From NCBI GenBank assembly GCA_964577025.1, contig CAZNVT010000001.1, positions 1,135 to 62,295 of the forward strand: a DNA stretch of 61,161 nucleotides. Reading direction: 5' to 3'. Made by a program: the position numbers and the translations under genes. Below the pieces are notes generated by a model. The model saw only the letters and a list, made by a program, of their open reading frames with translations, did no database searches and was not told where the DNA came from. Position 1 is the first letter of the stretch, and each line of letters begins with the position of its first letter. Positions 45,493 through 56,272 of the stretch are shown one piece after another. Origin of the DNA: an uncultured Candidatus Saccharibacteria bacterium (GTDB lineage: Bacteria > Patescibacteriota > Minisyncoccia > Phycocordibacterales > Phycocordibacteraceae).

Positions 45493-46173
45493 ATGTCGGA
45501 ATTATTCCCAGACGTGAAGCACGAAGAGCGAAAGGAGCGCGCAGCACGCATAGTGTCTTACCTCAAGAAGACCTATCCGCTTCCCAAGACCGAGCTTACT
45601 TACACGACGCCGTTTGAACTCTTGGCTGCGGTGATTCTCTCTGCGCAGTGTACGGATAAAAAAGTGAACGCGGTCACGCCAGCGCTTTTTGCCAGGTTTA
45701 ATACGCTAGAGAAATATAGGGACGCAGAACCTTCCGAGCTCATGGAAATGATTTCTTCCATTACCTATTTCCAGTCAAAGGCACGCTATCTCATAGGCTC
45801 TGCAAAGGTATTACTCGAAGAGTTTGGTGGGGTAGTTCCTCGGACCGAGAAGGAGCTGATACGACTACCAGGAGTGGCGTACAAGACCGCACACGTGGTG
45901 CTGGGCGAGCTTTATGGCGTATACGAAGGCATTCCCACAGATACGCACGTGCGCAGGTTTGCTATACGGTTTGATCTCACGGACCATTCGGAGCTTACGA
46001 AGATTTCCAAGGACTTGGAGCAGTTGGTCCCAAAGGAAGATTGGAAGTACGTGAATAATGGCTTGGTGCTCTATGGTCGCTATGTTTGCCCGGCGTTGCC
46101 ACACGAGTGCTATGAACATTCACTCACAAAGCTGTGGCCTGAGGCAATCCACCGCTGGCCCAAGGCAAAATAG
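45493..46173 (+). CDS. nth: endonuclease III-like HhH-GPD DNA glycosylase
   Basis: ILSAQCTDKKVN, HhH LPGVAYKTAHVVL, catalytic D in IPTDTHVRR. The C-terminus has only 2 Cys. Confidence 0.85.
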   Translation: MSELFPDVKHEERKERAARIVSYLKKTYPLPKTELTYTTPFELLAAVILSAQCTDKKVNAVTPALFARFNTLEKYRDAEPSELMEMISSITYFQSKARYLIGSAKVLLEEFGGVVPRTEKELIRLPGVAYKTAHVVLGELYGVYEGIPTDTHVRRFAIRFDLTDHSELTKISKDLEQLVPKEDWKYVNNGLVLYGRYVCPALPHECYEHSLTKLWPEAIHRWPKAK

Positions 46174-46217
46174 AACTGAGTTTCACTTTGCGTGTGACGG
46201 AGGTACCATAGGAGTAT

Positions 46218-46910
46218 ATGGATAAGAAGCGGCCGGTTGCAGTGTTTGATATAGACGGGACGCTGTTTCGGTCGTCGCTACTGGTGGAGCTTTTGCGCGA
46301 GCTGGTGCGCAGGGAGATGTTTCCCAAGAGTGTCGCAAAACTGTATGAGGGGACCGATGGGGAACTCCAAAATAGAAAGGGAGAGTACGGCCCGTATATG
46401 CGCAAACTTATTGATGCGTTTGCGGTGCACGCCAAGGGTTTGCCGTACGGAGAGATTGCTGACATTGCTGGGGAAATAATTGAAGCTAATCGCGACAGAA
46501 CATTTCATTACACGCGCGACCTTGTGAAGGAGCTTAAAAAGAAAGGACACTTCTTGCTTGCCATTTCATACTCACCAAAGTTTATGGTGGACGGGTACGC
46601 GTATGAGCTGGGGTTTGATAAGTCGTACGGAGTGTTTTACGAAATTGGTGCAGCCAGCCGCTTCACGGGAGAGATTGCCGACGAGCATTTGATTATGAAC
46701 AAAGGCGCGATACTGGACCGTGCAATCAAGAAGAACAACTTGTCCCTGCACGATTCTGTGGGGGTGGGGTCTACCGAGTCGGATATTTCAATGCTTGATA
46801 TGACCGAGTCGTCTATCGCGTTTAACCCAAATCGTGTGCTGTATCGTCACGCCAAGCAAAAGCTCTGGGAGCTCGTGGTCGAGCACAAAGACGTGATTTA
46901 TGAGATGTAA
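46218..46910 (+). CDS. HAD-IB (SerB-like) family hydrolase
   Basis: VAVFDIDGTLFRSS motif I. AISYSP motif II. GVGSTESD motif IV-like. Confidence 0.75.
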   Translation: MDKKRPVAVFDIDGTLFRSSLLVELLRELVRREMFPKSVAKLYEGTDGELQNRKGEYGPYMRKLIDAFAVHAKGLPYGEIADIAGEIIEANRDRTFHYTRDLVKELKKKGHFLLAISYSPKFMVDGYAYELGFDKSYGVFYEIGAASRFTGEIADEHLIMNKGAILDRAIKKNNLSLHDSVGVGSTESDISMLDMTESSIAFNPNRVLYRHAKQKLWELVVEHKDVIYEM

Positions 46911-46928
46911 TTTTGTTATACTTCCTGC

Positions 46929-47174
46929 ATGACAAAACGACTCTACAGAAGCACAGAGAATAAGGTCCTTGCGGGAGTGTGTGGAGGACTCGGAGAGTAT
47001 TTTGACGTCGATCCTGTACTCATACGTCTGGTATATCTTATGGCGACCGTATTTACGGGACTCGTGCCTGGACTTCTTTGCTACATCATAGCGGTGGCTA
47101 TAGTGCCAGAACATCCGCACGTAGCTCCATCAAAACCAGTAGCAAGTGCGGTGAATGACCCCAGAGAAGTTTAG
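46929..47174 (+). CDS. PspC-domain membrane protein
   Basis: RLYRSTENKVLAGVCGGLGEYFDVDPVLIRLVY. Confidence 0.8.
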   Translation: MTKRLYRSTENKVLAGVCGGLGEYFDVDPVLIRLVYLMATVFTGLVPGLLCYIIAVAIVPEHPHVAPSKPVASAVNDPREV

Positions 47175-47970
47175 GTCGCTGGTTTGGAAATACTGGAAAG
47201 AATACGGCAGGCACGACTTGCTGTGGCGAAAGACTGCGGATCCATACAAAATACTGGTGTCTGAAGTAATGTTGCAACAGACACAAGTGGAGCGAGTAAT
47301 CCCATATTACAAATCATTCCTGAAGCGCTTTCCCACTGTGCAGAAGCTCGCAGAGGCCCCGCTACGTGACGTGCTCACGCTCTGGCAGGGGCTCGGGTAC
47401 AATCGCAGAGCAAAGATGCTCCACCAAGCTGCAAAGGCCGTAGTAGAGGAGTATGGCGGAAAGTTCCCAAAGACTGCCCAAGAGCTCGAGAAGCTTCCGG
47501 GTATTGGTCCGTACACAGCGGGTGCGGTGGCCGCTTTTGCTTATAACCACGACGGCATATTTATAGAGACCAATATCCGGACAGTGATCACACATCACTT
47601 CTTTAACGACCAGGAAACGGTACCAGACAGCGATGTGCGAGCAGTGTTGGAAAAGATGCATCCAGCGGGGCAGGCGAGGGACTGGTACGCAGCCCTGATG
47701 GACTATGGCGCGCACCTGAAACGCTCTGGTGTGCGCATAAACGCGCGGGCAAAAGGGTACACAAAGCAGTCCAAGTTTGCAGGTTCTGCACGAGAGGTGC
47801 GTGGAGCGATACTGCGCTTGCTTGCCGGCGGCACTGCCACCCGCGCACGGATATACAAACTATTTGATACGCCTCGAAAGCCACAAATTATAGAGCAGCT
47901 GGAAAAGCTGCGGGCTGAAGGGATGATAGAGAAAACTTCTTTCTACTTCTCACTCCCAGGTGGGAAGTAA
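47155..47970 (+). CDS. MutY-like HhH-GPD adenine glycosylase lacking Fe-S and NUDIX-like domains
   Basis: DPYKILVSEVMLQQTQV, LWQGLGYNRRA, HhH LPGIGPYTAGAV, IETNIRTV. There is no cysteine cluster. Short C-terminal winged-helix-like tail. Confidence 0.8.
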   Translation: MTPEKFRSLVWKYWKEYGRHDLLWRKTADPYKILVSEVMLQQTQVERVIPYYKSFLKRFPTVQKLAEAPLRDVLTLWQGLGYNRRAKMLHQAAKAVVEEYGGKFPKTAQELEKLPGIGPYTAGAVAAFAYNHDGIFIETNIRTVITHHFFNDQETVPDSDVRAVLEKMHPAGQARDWYAALMDYGAHLKRSGVRINARAKGYTKQSKFAGSAREVRGAILRLLAGGTATRARIYKLFDTPRKPQIIEQLEKLRAEGMIEKTSFYFSLPGGK

Positions 47971-47977
47971 AATGCTC

Positions 47978-48054
47978 ATATGCGAGGCGCGATTGAGTAA
48001 ACGAGCGAAGCGTACAGATTGGTACGATGAGCGAGTTTGTGATTGAGCAACAAA
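47978..48054 (-). repeat. dispersed 3'-of-gene repeat family, copy (minus orientation)
   Basis: Reverse complement reads TTTGTTGCTCAATC..ACTCGCTCAT-CGTAC-CAATCT-GTACG-CTTCGCTCG..TCGCGCCTCGCAT. Confidence 0.65.
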
Positions 48055-48079
48055 GCAGATGGGCATTTTACAAACACCT

Positions 48080-49237
48080 CTAGAGGTCGTCGATGATGAA
48101 GTAAGTACTGCCCACACCTGCCACGAGAATGAGTACTCCCATCGCTACAAAAAACACGAGGTAGCTGCCCGTGAGTACAAGCAAAATACTGGCTGACACT
48201 GGCGCCACAAGTGCCGCTATGGGGCGGGTCATACGATACAGGGTGACGGTGTTTGCGTCGTCAGTTGAAACGCGCTTGAAGAAGTGGCCTTCCACCATAG
48301 CTTCTACGAGCGCACTACCGACACGTGTTGCGACAAGAATACCAACCAGCACCCACACAGATGTTGCGGTTGTGACAAAGGCAAGCGACGCAAACGACAC
48401 TCCCGTGATAGCGAAGCCCGCAATGAGGAGCTCTTTTTCACCGAGCCATTTATCGGCGATGTATCCGGCAGGGTACTCGATAAGTACAAATGGGAGAAGC
48501 ATAACCGCAAACATCCAGCCTAACTGCGACCACGGCATACCAAGTGCATGATGTAGATAGAGAGGAATATACAGTGGCGCAAGGTGATAGAAGAACTGTA
48601 GTACGCCATTACCCGTGATCACAGCGCGAATGTCTGCCTTGTTAATGAGGCACATACAACTCTCAACTAAGCGCGCGTGCCGGCGGGGCTGATGCTCGGG
48701 AAGCTGTTCAAAGAGGAACAGGGTAATGAAAGGGGTAAGGGAAAGAGCAGCTACGAGAAATACACGCCAGTAGGCGTTGGTGCCGTCGAGGAAGAACGAA
48801 ATAAGAAGTGGCGAGAGAATGAGCGCAACATTTCCCGCCGTAATAAAGAGTGTGCGTACGCGGCCGATTTCTCCGTGAGCCGCTCCTGTGGCTTCGAGTA
48901 GTAGATCAAGCAGGTATTGAATAAATGGCGTAGTGGCACAGACAAATGCCAAACAAAGAGCCGCAAGCCAAAATGGTGGCTGCCCGGCAAGGAGAAAGAG
49001 CGCCACTGCACACATGGAGGCAATGACTATGGCAGTCTTGCGTATGCCGTGGCGCTCCGCAATGCGCGGCATAAACGGGAAAAGAATAAGCGTGCCCACC
49101 GCACCAGCTGCCACCACAAGTCCGGTTTGATTGTCTGGAAGGAACGTAGCCAAGTACGGACCAATCACATACACAATCAAAAAGAAGTGCATTGACGAAA
49201 AGAAGTTGCCGATGGAAAGAACGCGCCGCGGATGCAT
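48080..49237 (-). CDS. MFS transporter
   Basis: 385 aa, about 12 TMs, short charged loop motifs (PRIAERHGIRK) between TM2 and TM3. Confidence 0.8.
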   Translation of the reverse strand: MHPRRVLSIGNFFSSMHFFLIVYVIGPYLATFLPDNQTGLVVAAGAVGTLILFPFMPRIAERHGIRKTAIVIASMCAVALFLLAGQPPFWLAALCLAFVCATTPFIQYLLDLLLEATGAAHGEIGRVRTLFITAGNVALILSPLLISFFLDGTNAYWRVFLVAALSLTPFITLFLFEQLPEHQPRRHARLVESCMCLINKADIRAVITGNGVLQFFYHLAPLYIPLYLHHALGMPWSQLGWMFAVMLLPFVLIEYPAGYIADKWLGEKELLIAGFAITGVSFASLAFVTTATSVWVLVGILVATRVGSALVEAMVEGHFFKRVSTDDANTVTLYRMTRPIAALVAPVSASILLVLTGSYLVFFVAMGVLILVAGVGSTYFIIDDL

Positions 49238-49267
49238 TTTATGTATTCTAGCACCACGCTCGCAGTT

Positions 49268-49406
49268 AAATCTGTGCAGAGCCCGTCCTTCAGGACGCCG
49301 TGATGCATTGTCGTCTCGTAGCGAAAAAGTGACGAGCGCTTCGTTAAATCACTTTTTCTTCTCGACTCCGTGCATCACTGGCTGCTTGCGGTTTAGTGCA
49401 CAGATT
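49268..49406. repeat. 140-nt extended imperfect inverted repeat in the MFS leader region
   Basis: Helices AATCTGTGCA/TGCACAGATT, GTGATGCA/TGCATCAC, GAAAAAGTGA/TCACTTTTTC, plus local hairpin CGTCC-TTCA-GGACG. Confidence 0.6.
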
Positions 49407-49436
49407 CCAACAGCTCGCTCCAGAGTGCAAAACGAA

Positions 49437-49468
49437 GCAGACCGCCGCACGTGAGTGCGGCGGTCTGC
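49437..49468. terminator. terminator after RNase J (minus strand), bidirectional hairpin
   Basis: GCAGACCGCCGCAC-GTGA-GTGCGGCGGTCTGC flanked by A- and T-runs. Confidence 0.85.
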
Positions 49469-49500
49469 TTTTAACTGATTCAATATCTCGATTTCCCCAA

Positions 49501-51432
49501 CTAGACGCCGATGAGAACAGGTATAACCATCGGTGCCTTGTTCGTGCGAGTGAAGAGGTAACCCGCCATCGTATCTGCAAGCGCATTCTTTACGAAGTCG
49601 AGATCTACTGGGTTCATACCTTCGGTTGTGTCTTCAACGGTCTTCTTAATAAGAAGGCGCGCTTGATTCAGCATCTCCTGGTTTTCACGCAGGTAGATAA
49701 ATCCACGACTGATGATGTCTGGACTCTTGCGAAGCTTTCCAGTCTTTAGGTTTACCGTAGCGATGATGACAAACATTCCGTCCTTGGAAAGTGCCTGGCG
49801 ATCGCGGATAACCACCTCCTGAATGTCTCCGATAGAGAAGCCATCCACCACAAGCGGAGAGCTCGGCACTTTTTCCTTATGCACGAACATTGTCTTGCCC
49901 TCGATAAGGTCAATAACCGAACCGTTGTCTGCAAGTACGATTTGGTCGCGTGGGCGTCCTGCTTGCTCCACAGCCTTTGCGTGACAACTGGTCATAGAGT
50001 AGTACCCGTAGGCTGGCATAAAGAATTTTGCGCCTACCTGCTGGTTGATCCATACGAGCTCGCCTGAGTTTCCGTGTCCGGTTGAGTGCACGTCCGAAGT
50101 CTTGTAGTGGATAAGTGTTGCGCCATTGCGGTAGAGCATATCCTTTAGGTTCTGCACTGAGATTTCGTTTCCAGGAATAACCGAAGACGAAAGCACAATG
50201 GTGTCGCGTGGGGAGAGGATGATGTTCTTGTGCTGCTTGGTAGCAATACGCATAAGCGCTGCAAACTCTTCTCCCTGTGCGCCTGTTGCAAGCACCACAA
50301 TTTTATCTGGTGGGTAGTCCTGAATTTCTTGCGCAGAAATAATGGTCTCCTTTTTGATTGCAAGAAGTCCGGTGAGCTGTGCAATTTCAAGGTTGGTCTT
50401 CATTGAACGACCCTCCATCACAATCTTCTTGTTCATTGATTCAGCAATCTGAATGATGCGAATCATACGCTCGAACTGTGACGCAAAGGTGCCGATGATA
50501 AGACGGCCCTGTACGGTGCGGACGATGTTCTCGAGCGTGTCGTTTACGCGCTTTTCTGGAATAGAAAACCCGTCACGCTCTGCGTTTGTGGAGTCTGCGA
50601 TGAAGAACAAGTTGTTGTCCTTACCAATCTCGCCCCACTTCTTCTGCTCGTGGTCGGCTGGGATGCCGCCCTCGTGATCGAGCTTCAAGTCTCCGGTAGC
50701 AACGACGTTGCCCCACGGTGTCTCGATAGAAACACCCATAGAGTCTGGAATAGAGTGCGTGACGGGGAAGAACTTCACGCGTGAGCTACCAATGGTGTGG
50801 GTAGATCCCGGCTCTACCACGCGAATATCAAGCGCCGGCATATCAGGGTATTCCTCCTGACGCTTTGCCACCATCACCGAGGTGAGGTTTTGCGTGTAGA
50901 TAGGTGGATTGCCAAAGCGGCCCATAAGAAATGGGATACCGCCAATGTGGTCGAGGTGACCGTGGGTAATAAATACTGCACGAATACGGTCCTGGTTTTT
51001 CTCCAGGTAGCGCGTGTTAGGGAGGATGTAATCGACTCCAGGGTTTGTGCCACCAGGTACAAACTGGAATCCGGCGTCACACACAAAGATGTCGTCTTTG
51101 GTTTCCACCGCAAACATATTGCGACCCACTTCCTCTACGCCACCAAGTGGCACGATGCGGACGGTTTTTTCGTCGCAGGGAGCAGGGAAGTAGTCGGGTT
51201 TGTTCTTGGCTGCTGTTGTTGCGGCAGAAGACGGAGAGTCGCGACGCAGGGTGCGACGAATATCGCGCCCTACTGCGCCTGGGCGGCCCGCGCCTTGCGG
51301 GCGGGGTCCACGTCCACGTCCTCCACGAGTACCGCGAGGACGCGCACCCTCGGGTCGAGGAGACGGGCCACCTGCTGGTGCACTCTTTGGAAGATCACGA
51401 GGAGCTGGAGCCGGAGCTGGTGCTGCTGACAT
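49501..51432 (-). CDS. rnj: ribonuclease J with Arg/Gly/Pro-rich N-terminal extension
   Basis: Metallo-beta-lactamase HGHLDHIG, beta-CASP and C-terminal domains. About 70-aa N-terminal PAPAPAP/RGGRGRG tract. Confidence 0.9.
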   Translation of the reverse strand: MSAAPAPAPAPRDLPKSAPAGGPSPRPEGARPRGTRGGRGRGPRPQGAGRPGAVGRDIRRTLRRDSPSSAATTAAKNKPDYFPAPCDEKTVRIVPLGGVEEVGRNMFAVETKDDIFVCDAGFQFVPGGTNPGVDYILPNTRYLEKNQDRIRAVFITHGHLDHIGGIPFLMGRFGNPPIYTQNLTSVMVAKRQEEYPDMPALDIRVVEPGSTHTIGSSRVKFFPVTHSIPDSMGVSIETPWGNVVATGDLKLDHEGGIPADHEQKKWGEIGKDNNLFFIADSTNAERDGFSIPEKRVNDTLENIVRTVQGRLIIGTFASQFERMIRIIQIAESMNKKIVMEGRSMKTNLEIAQLTGLLAIKKETIISAQEIQDYPPDKIVVLATGAQGEEFAALMRIATKQHKNIILSPRDTIVLSSSVIPGNEISVQNLKDMLYRNGATLIHYKTSDVHSTGHGNSGELVWINQQVGAKFFMPAYGYYSMTSCHAKAVEQAGRPRDQIVLADNGSVIDLIEGKTMFVHKEKVPSSPLVVDGFSIGDIQEVVIRDRQALSKDGMFVIIATVNLKTGKLRKSPDIISRGFIYLRENQEMLNQARLLIKKTVEDTTEGMNPVDLDFVKNALADTMAGYLFTRTNKAPMVIPVLIGV

Positions 51433-51545
51433 ATGATTCTGTTAGTTAGATTAATAGTGAATTATTTTTAATAACTCGGTGAGAGTCACTAGACGCTAGC
51501 CCCAATGTCCACGTATTGATTGGAGTGGACAGATAGAGCCAATGG

Positions 51546-53267
51546 CTAATGACCAGGCACGAGAAACGGCCAGACGTACGCACGCTCCTTGTACCATGTT
51601 GCAACGGTCGCAAATCGGTCCGCAGGCGCCGCAATCTGTGAAAGACTGACGCCGTAAAGGGTCTTAGGGACAGCATACAGGAAGTCGGGTGCGTGCGTAA
51701 AGGCCGCCGGATAATCAGCTGCTATTTTGTCGCTTGCGCTTTGTGTATAGCTGCGTGCTTTTACCGGATCGCTCTCGGTGCGGGCCTTTTCGAGAAGGGT
51801 ATCCACGGTCGTGTTTGCGTAGCTGGCGATGTTGAGTCCAGGATTTGCTTGCTCACTCGAGTCCCAGAATGCGTACAAATCCTGTTCACGACCCACCACC
51901 ATGCCAAACAGAAGTGCCTCGTACGCGCGTGGGCGGATAATTTCGTTGGTGAGGTCTCCTGGCTCATACAGCTCGACGGTGGTGGGCACCCCAAGCGATT
52001 GCCAGTCTGCCTGTACGGCATTTGCAATGACTTTTAGCTCAGCAGCGCTTGAGGTGCGAATGGTAATGGTATCGAGCGACAACTTTGCTTTTGCGTTCTT
52101 CCAGGTTCCCGCAGTCTCATCGAACGTCCAGCCGTTGTCGGTAAGGATTTTCTTTGCGTCCATAATGCGTGTGGCAGGGTTCGGGAGTGTTGGCGGCGTT
52201 ATGCCGTTACCCTGCGACACGGGGCCTATAAGCGGCGTGGCGTAGCCTCCGAGCACATCGGTAGTGATATGCTCGCGGTCGATGCTGATAGACAGTGCCT
52301 TTCGCATTGCAAGATTTCCAAGTGCAGGATTCTCCTTTTTGTTGAAGAACACGCCAAAGACGCGCGAGTAGGGAGCGCGTAGTGCGCCTGGTGCGTCTAT
52401 ACCGTAGGCACTTTCAACTGCGCCGCTCTTGTACGCACCCTGGAGCAGGGTAGGGGTTTCATAGAAACGCATATGAATAAAGGAAAGGTACGGGCGACCG
52501 AGAGCATATCCCGTGTGCGCCTTCAAATCGTATCCGGTGATGATGCCGTCTTTGTCTTCTATCACTTTACTTACCTTAAATGGACCGGCTCCTACCGGGT
52601 GCTGCATAAGAGGGGAGAAGGGGAACTCGTCATTCTCGATGTTGCGCCACAGATGCGCAGGCAAAATGCCAAGCGTGGTGTCGGCAAGAAACGGAGCGTA
52701 GGACTTTGGCAAAATGAAGCGCACCGTGTGCTCGTCGACGGCTTCTGCGCGAATACTTGCCCAGTTTGAGTACTCGGGACTTTTGAGCGCAGGATCTTGT
52801 GCCTTTTGTACGGTAAACACGACGTCTTCTGCTGTGACAGGAGTACCGTCAGAGAATTTAGCTGCATCGCGCAGTATAAAGGTGTAGATTTTCCCGTCAG
52901 GAGAAACCTCGTAACTTTGTGCAAGCACCGGTACGAGAGCTCCATCTGCGCCAATACCCATAAGTCCCGCATAGGTGAGCGCCGTCATGTCGCGGTCGGC
53001 GTCAGAAAGCGCCAAGAGGGGATTCACAAAGCGAGGAGCACCTACGGACCCTTCGGTGAGTGTGCCGCCGTGCGCAGGCACTTCCACCATAAACCCACGC
53101 GCAAACCCAAACAGGGCAACGATACTGGTGCACACGACGAGCGTGCCAAGAATAACCGCGATGAGTCGGTCGCCAGGAGAAAGGGTGCGGATATAGCTCG
53201 ATAACTTTTTAAATGGAGTGGTTACCAAATGAAAAGGAGTACTCATAAGGAAGCGTAGACGCTTCAT
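51546..53267 (-). CDS. ABC transporter substrate-binding protein, family 5 (peptide/nickel type), membrane-anchored
   Basis: 573 aa, N-terminal TM, SBP_bac_5-like core (FILRDAAKFSDGTPVTAEDVVFT). No adjacent permease genes. Confidence 0.8.
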   Translation of the reverse strand: MKRLRFLMSTPFHLVTTPFKKLSSYIRTLSPGDRLIAVILGTLVVCTSIVALFGFARGFMVEVPAHGGTLTEGSVGAPRFVNPLLALSDADRDMTALTYAGLMGIGADGALVPVLAQSYEVSPDGKIYTFILRDAAKFSDGTPVTAEDVVFTVQKAQDPALKSPEYSNWASIRAEAVDEHTVRFILPKSYAPFLADTTLGILPAHLWRNIENDEFPFSPLMQHPVGAGPFKVSKVIEDKDGIITGYDLKAHTGYALGRPYLSFIHMRFYETPTLLQGAYKSGAVESAYGIDAPGALRAPYSRVFGVFFNKKENPALGNLAMRKALSISIDREHITTDVLGGYATPLIGPVSQGNGITPPTLPNPATRIMDAKKILTDNGWTFDETAGTWKNAKAKLSLDTITIRTSSAAELKVIANAVQADWQSLGVPTTVELYEPGDLTNEIIRPRAYEALLFGMVVGREQDLYAFWDSSEQANPGLNIASYANTTVDTLLEKARTESDPVKARSYTQSASDKIAADYPAAFTHAPDFLYAVPKTLYGVSLSQIAAPADRFATVATWYKERAYVWPFLVPGH

Positions 53268-53282
53268 ATAGGTGTTCGTAGG

Positions 53283-53513
53283 TTAAATAAGGAACCCAGC
53301 CACAGCTGCAGCCACAAAGAGAAGCGCAACCACGATAGTTGCCTGAAATAGGAACTTTTCGGCGCCGCGGCGCTTGTAGAAGGTGGAGGCGAAGTTGTCG
53401 CCACCAAAAGCCCCTCCGAGGTTGGCACCGCGCTGTTGCAGCACAATTCCAACAATAAGGAGTAGGGAAAGCGTTATCTCGATGTGTGGCAGAAATGCCT
53501 TGAGCGATTCCAT
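53283..53513 (-). CDS. secG: preprotein translocase subunit SecG
   Basis: ATG at 53513. 76 aa, two TMs with LLIVGIVLQQRGANLGGAFGG motif. Confidence 0.85.
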   Translation of the reverse strand: MESLKAFLPHIEITLSLLLIVGIVLQQRGANLGGAFGGDNFASTFYKRRGAEKFLFQATIVVALLFVAAAVAGFLI

Positions 53514-53771
53514 CTGTGCCCGTAGGGTATCACGAGAGGGTATCGCGAGCAACCGGTGCGATTTTGGAGTACAGAATATTTTCCTGCTGGAAAATTTCTT
53601 CCTGCTCGGGTCGACACCCTGCGCAAGCCTCCAAAATCGCACCGGTCCCTCTACATAAGGGTTATAGAGTATTGACGGAAATTGGTAGTGTTTTGTACTA
53701 TATCGCCACGGTGCGACCTGTGGATAACTTTTTTGCAGGTTGAAAGGGGACCCACGGGCGCACAAACGATT

Positions 53772-53791
53772 AACGCTGTATCATAAGCGTT
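53772..53791. promoter_or_regulatory. inverted repeat upstream of groES (possible operator, not canonical CIRCE)
   Basis: AACGCT-N8-AGCGTT, 33 nt upstream of the groES start. Confidence 0.3.
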
Positions 53792-53823
53792 CTTACTAGT
53801 CTCACTATAAAGCGCAATATTCT

Positions 53824-54135
53824 ATGGCAAAAAATGAAACAGAACGATTGTCAATTTCTCCACTTGGCGACCGAGTCGTGGTCCTTCCCCTCGCAAAGGA
53901 AGATAAGACTGCGTCTGGGATTTTGATACCCGACTCGGCTAACCGAGAAAAGCCGGAACAGGGAACCGTGGTAGCGGTTGGTCCGGGCAAATATGACGAC
54001 GGTACCCTGGTGCCTATGAGTACCAAGATTGGTGACACCGTGCTGTTCTCGAAGTATGGCTTTGATGAAGTCACGGTGGACGGCAAGGACTACCTCATCC
54101 TCCCCGAGTCGAGCGTATTGGCAATTTTGAAGTAG
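53824..54135 (+). CDS. groES: co-chaperonin GroES
   Basis: PLGDRVVVLP...SGILIPDSA...GTVVAVGPG. Confidence 0.95.
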   Translation: MAKNETERLSISPLGDRVVVLPLAKEDKTASGILIPDSANREKPEQGTVVAVGPGKYDDGTLVPMSTKIGDTVLFSKYGFDEVTVDGKDYLILPESSVLAILK

Positions 54136-54293
54136 ATTACTTCCCTATCAAACTTATTGTATTCGGTGAATGTAGAGACAGTGTGCGTCGAGAAACATAG
54201 GATGCTGCAGTATCGCTCTAAGAATCACTCAAGCAGCACCCAAGTTTCCGACAATAAGAGTTTCTAAATTCGCATTAAGAAATTACTCATTAA

Positions 54294-55946
<1,653 letters not shown>

Positions 55947-55973
55947 GAATCACCCCAGAAAGGCACTACTGCT

Positions 55974-56047
55974 TTGTTGCTTGCTCCGGGACTCGCTCAC
56001 CGTATAACTCATACGGCTCGCTGCGTTCCTCACTCGCGCCTCGCATT
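55974..56047 (+). repeat. dispersed 3'-of-gene repeat family, copy with compensatory stem change
   Basis: TTTGTTGCTTGCTCC..ACTCGCTCAC-CGTAT-AACTC-ATACG-GCTCGCTGCG..TCGCGCCTCGCAT. Confidence 0.65.
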
Positions 56048-56102
56048 AGTATCCATTCAGGTGCGCTTCCAACTTCCCTGTTCTTGGCAAGATAAAACGA
56101 TG

Positions 56103-56130
56103 CGCCCCGGAACCAACAGGTTCCGGGGCG
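56103..56130. terminator. hairpin terminator between groEL and convergent small ORFs
   Basis: CGCCCCGGAAC-CAACAG-GTTCCGGGGCG. The U-run lies on the minus-strand side. Confidence 0.75.
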
Positions 56131-56158
56131 TCTTCGGTGACGGTGCTGAGTCGAGGTG

Positions 56159-56272
56159 TCTAGTTGCGGTCGTCGAGGTCCCCATTGCGGCGTTCGTAGA
56201 CGAACACGACGACCTGCCAGAGCAGCACTGCACCAACGAAGGCCAAAGGAATAAAGCAAAGGTATTTTTCCA
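56159..56272 (-). CDS. possible 37-aa single-TM peptide
   Basis: My own translation: MEKYLCFIPLAFVGAVLLWQVVVFVYERRNGDLDDRN. Its ATG overlaps the stop of the upstream 66-aa ORF (TGATG). RBS GAGGAAAAG. Confidence 0.4.

Noticed and set aside
53283-53765. 160-aa version of the secG ORF
   Set aside because: Only the C-terminal 76 aa resemble SecG. The upstream part is non-coding-looking and overlaps the groES promoter region.
53766-53823. CIRCE (HrcA operator) upstream of groES
   Set aside because: No TTAGCACTC-N9-GAGTGCTAA match is present. Only a shorter unrelated 6+6 inverted repeat is seen, and it is reported with low confidence.
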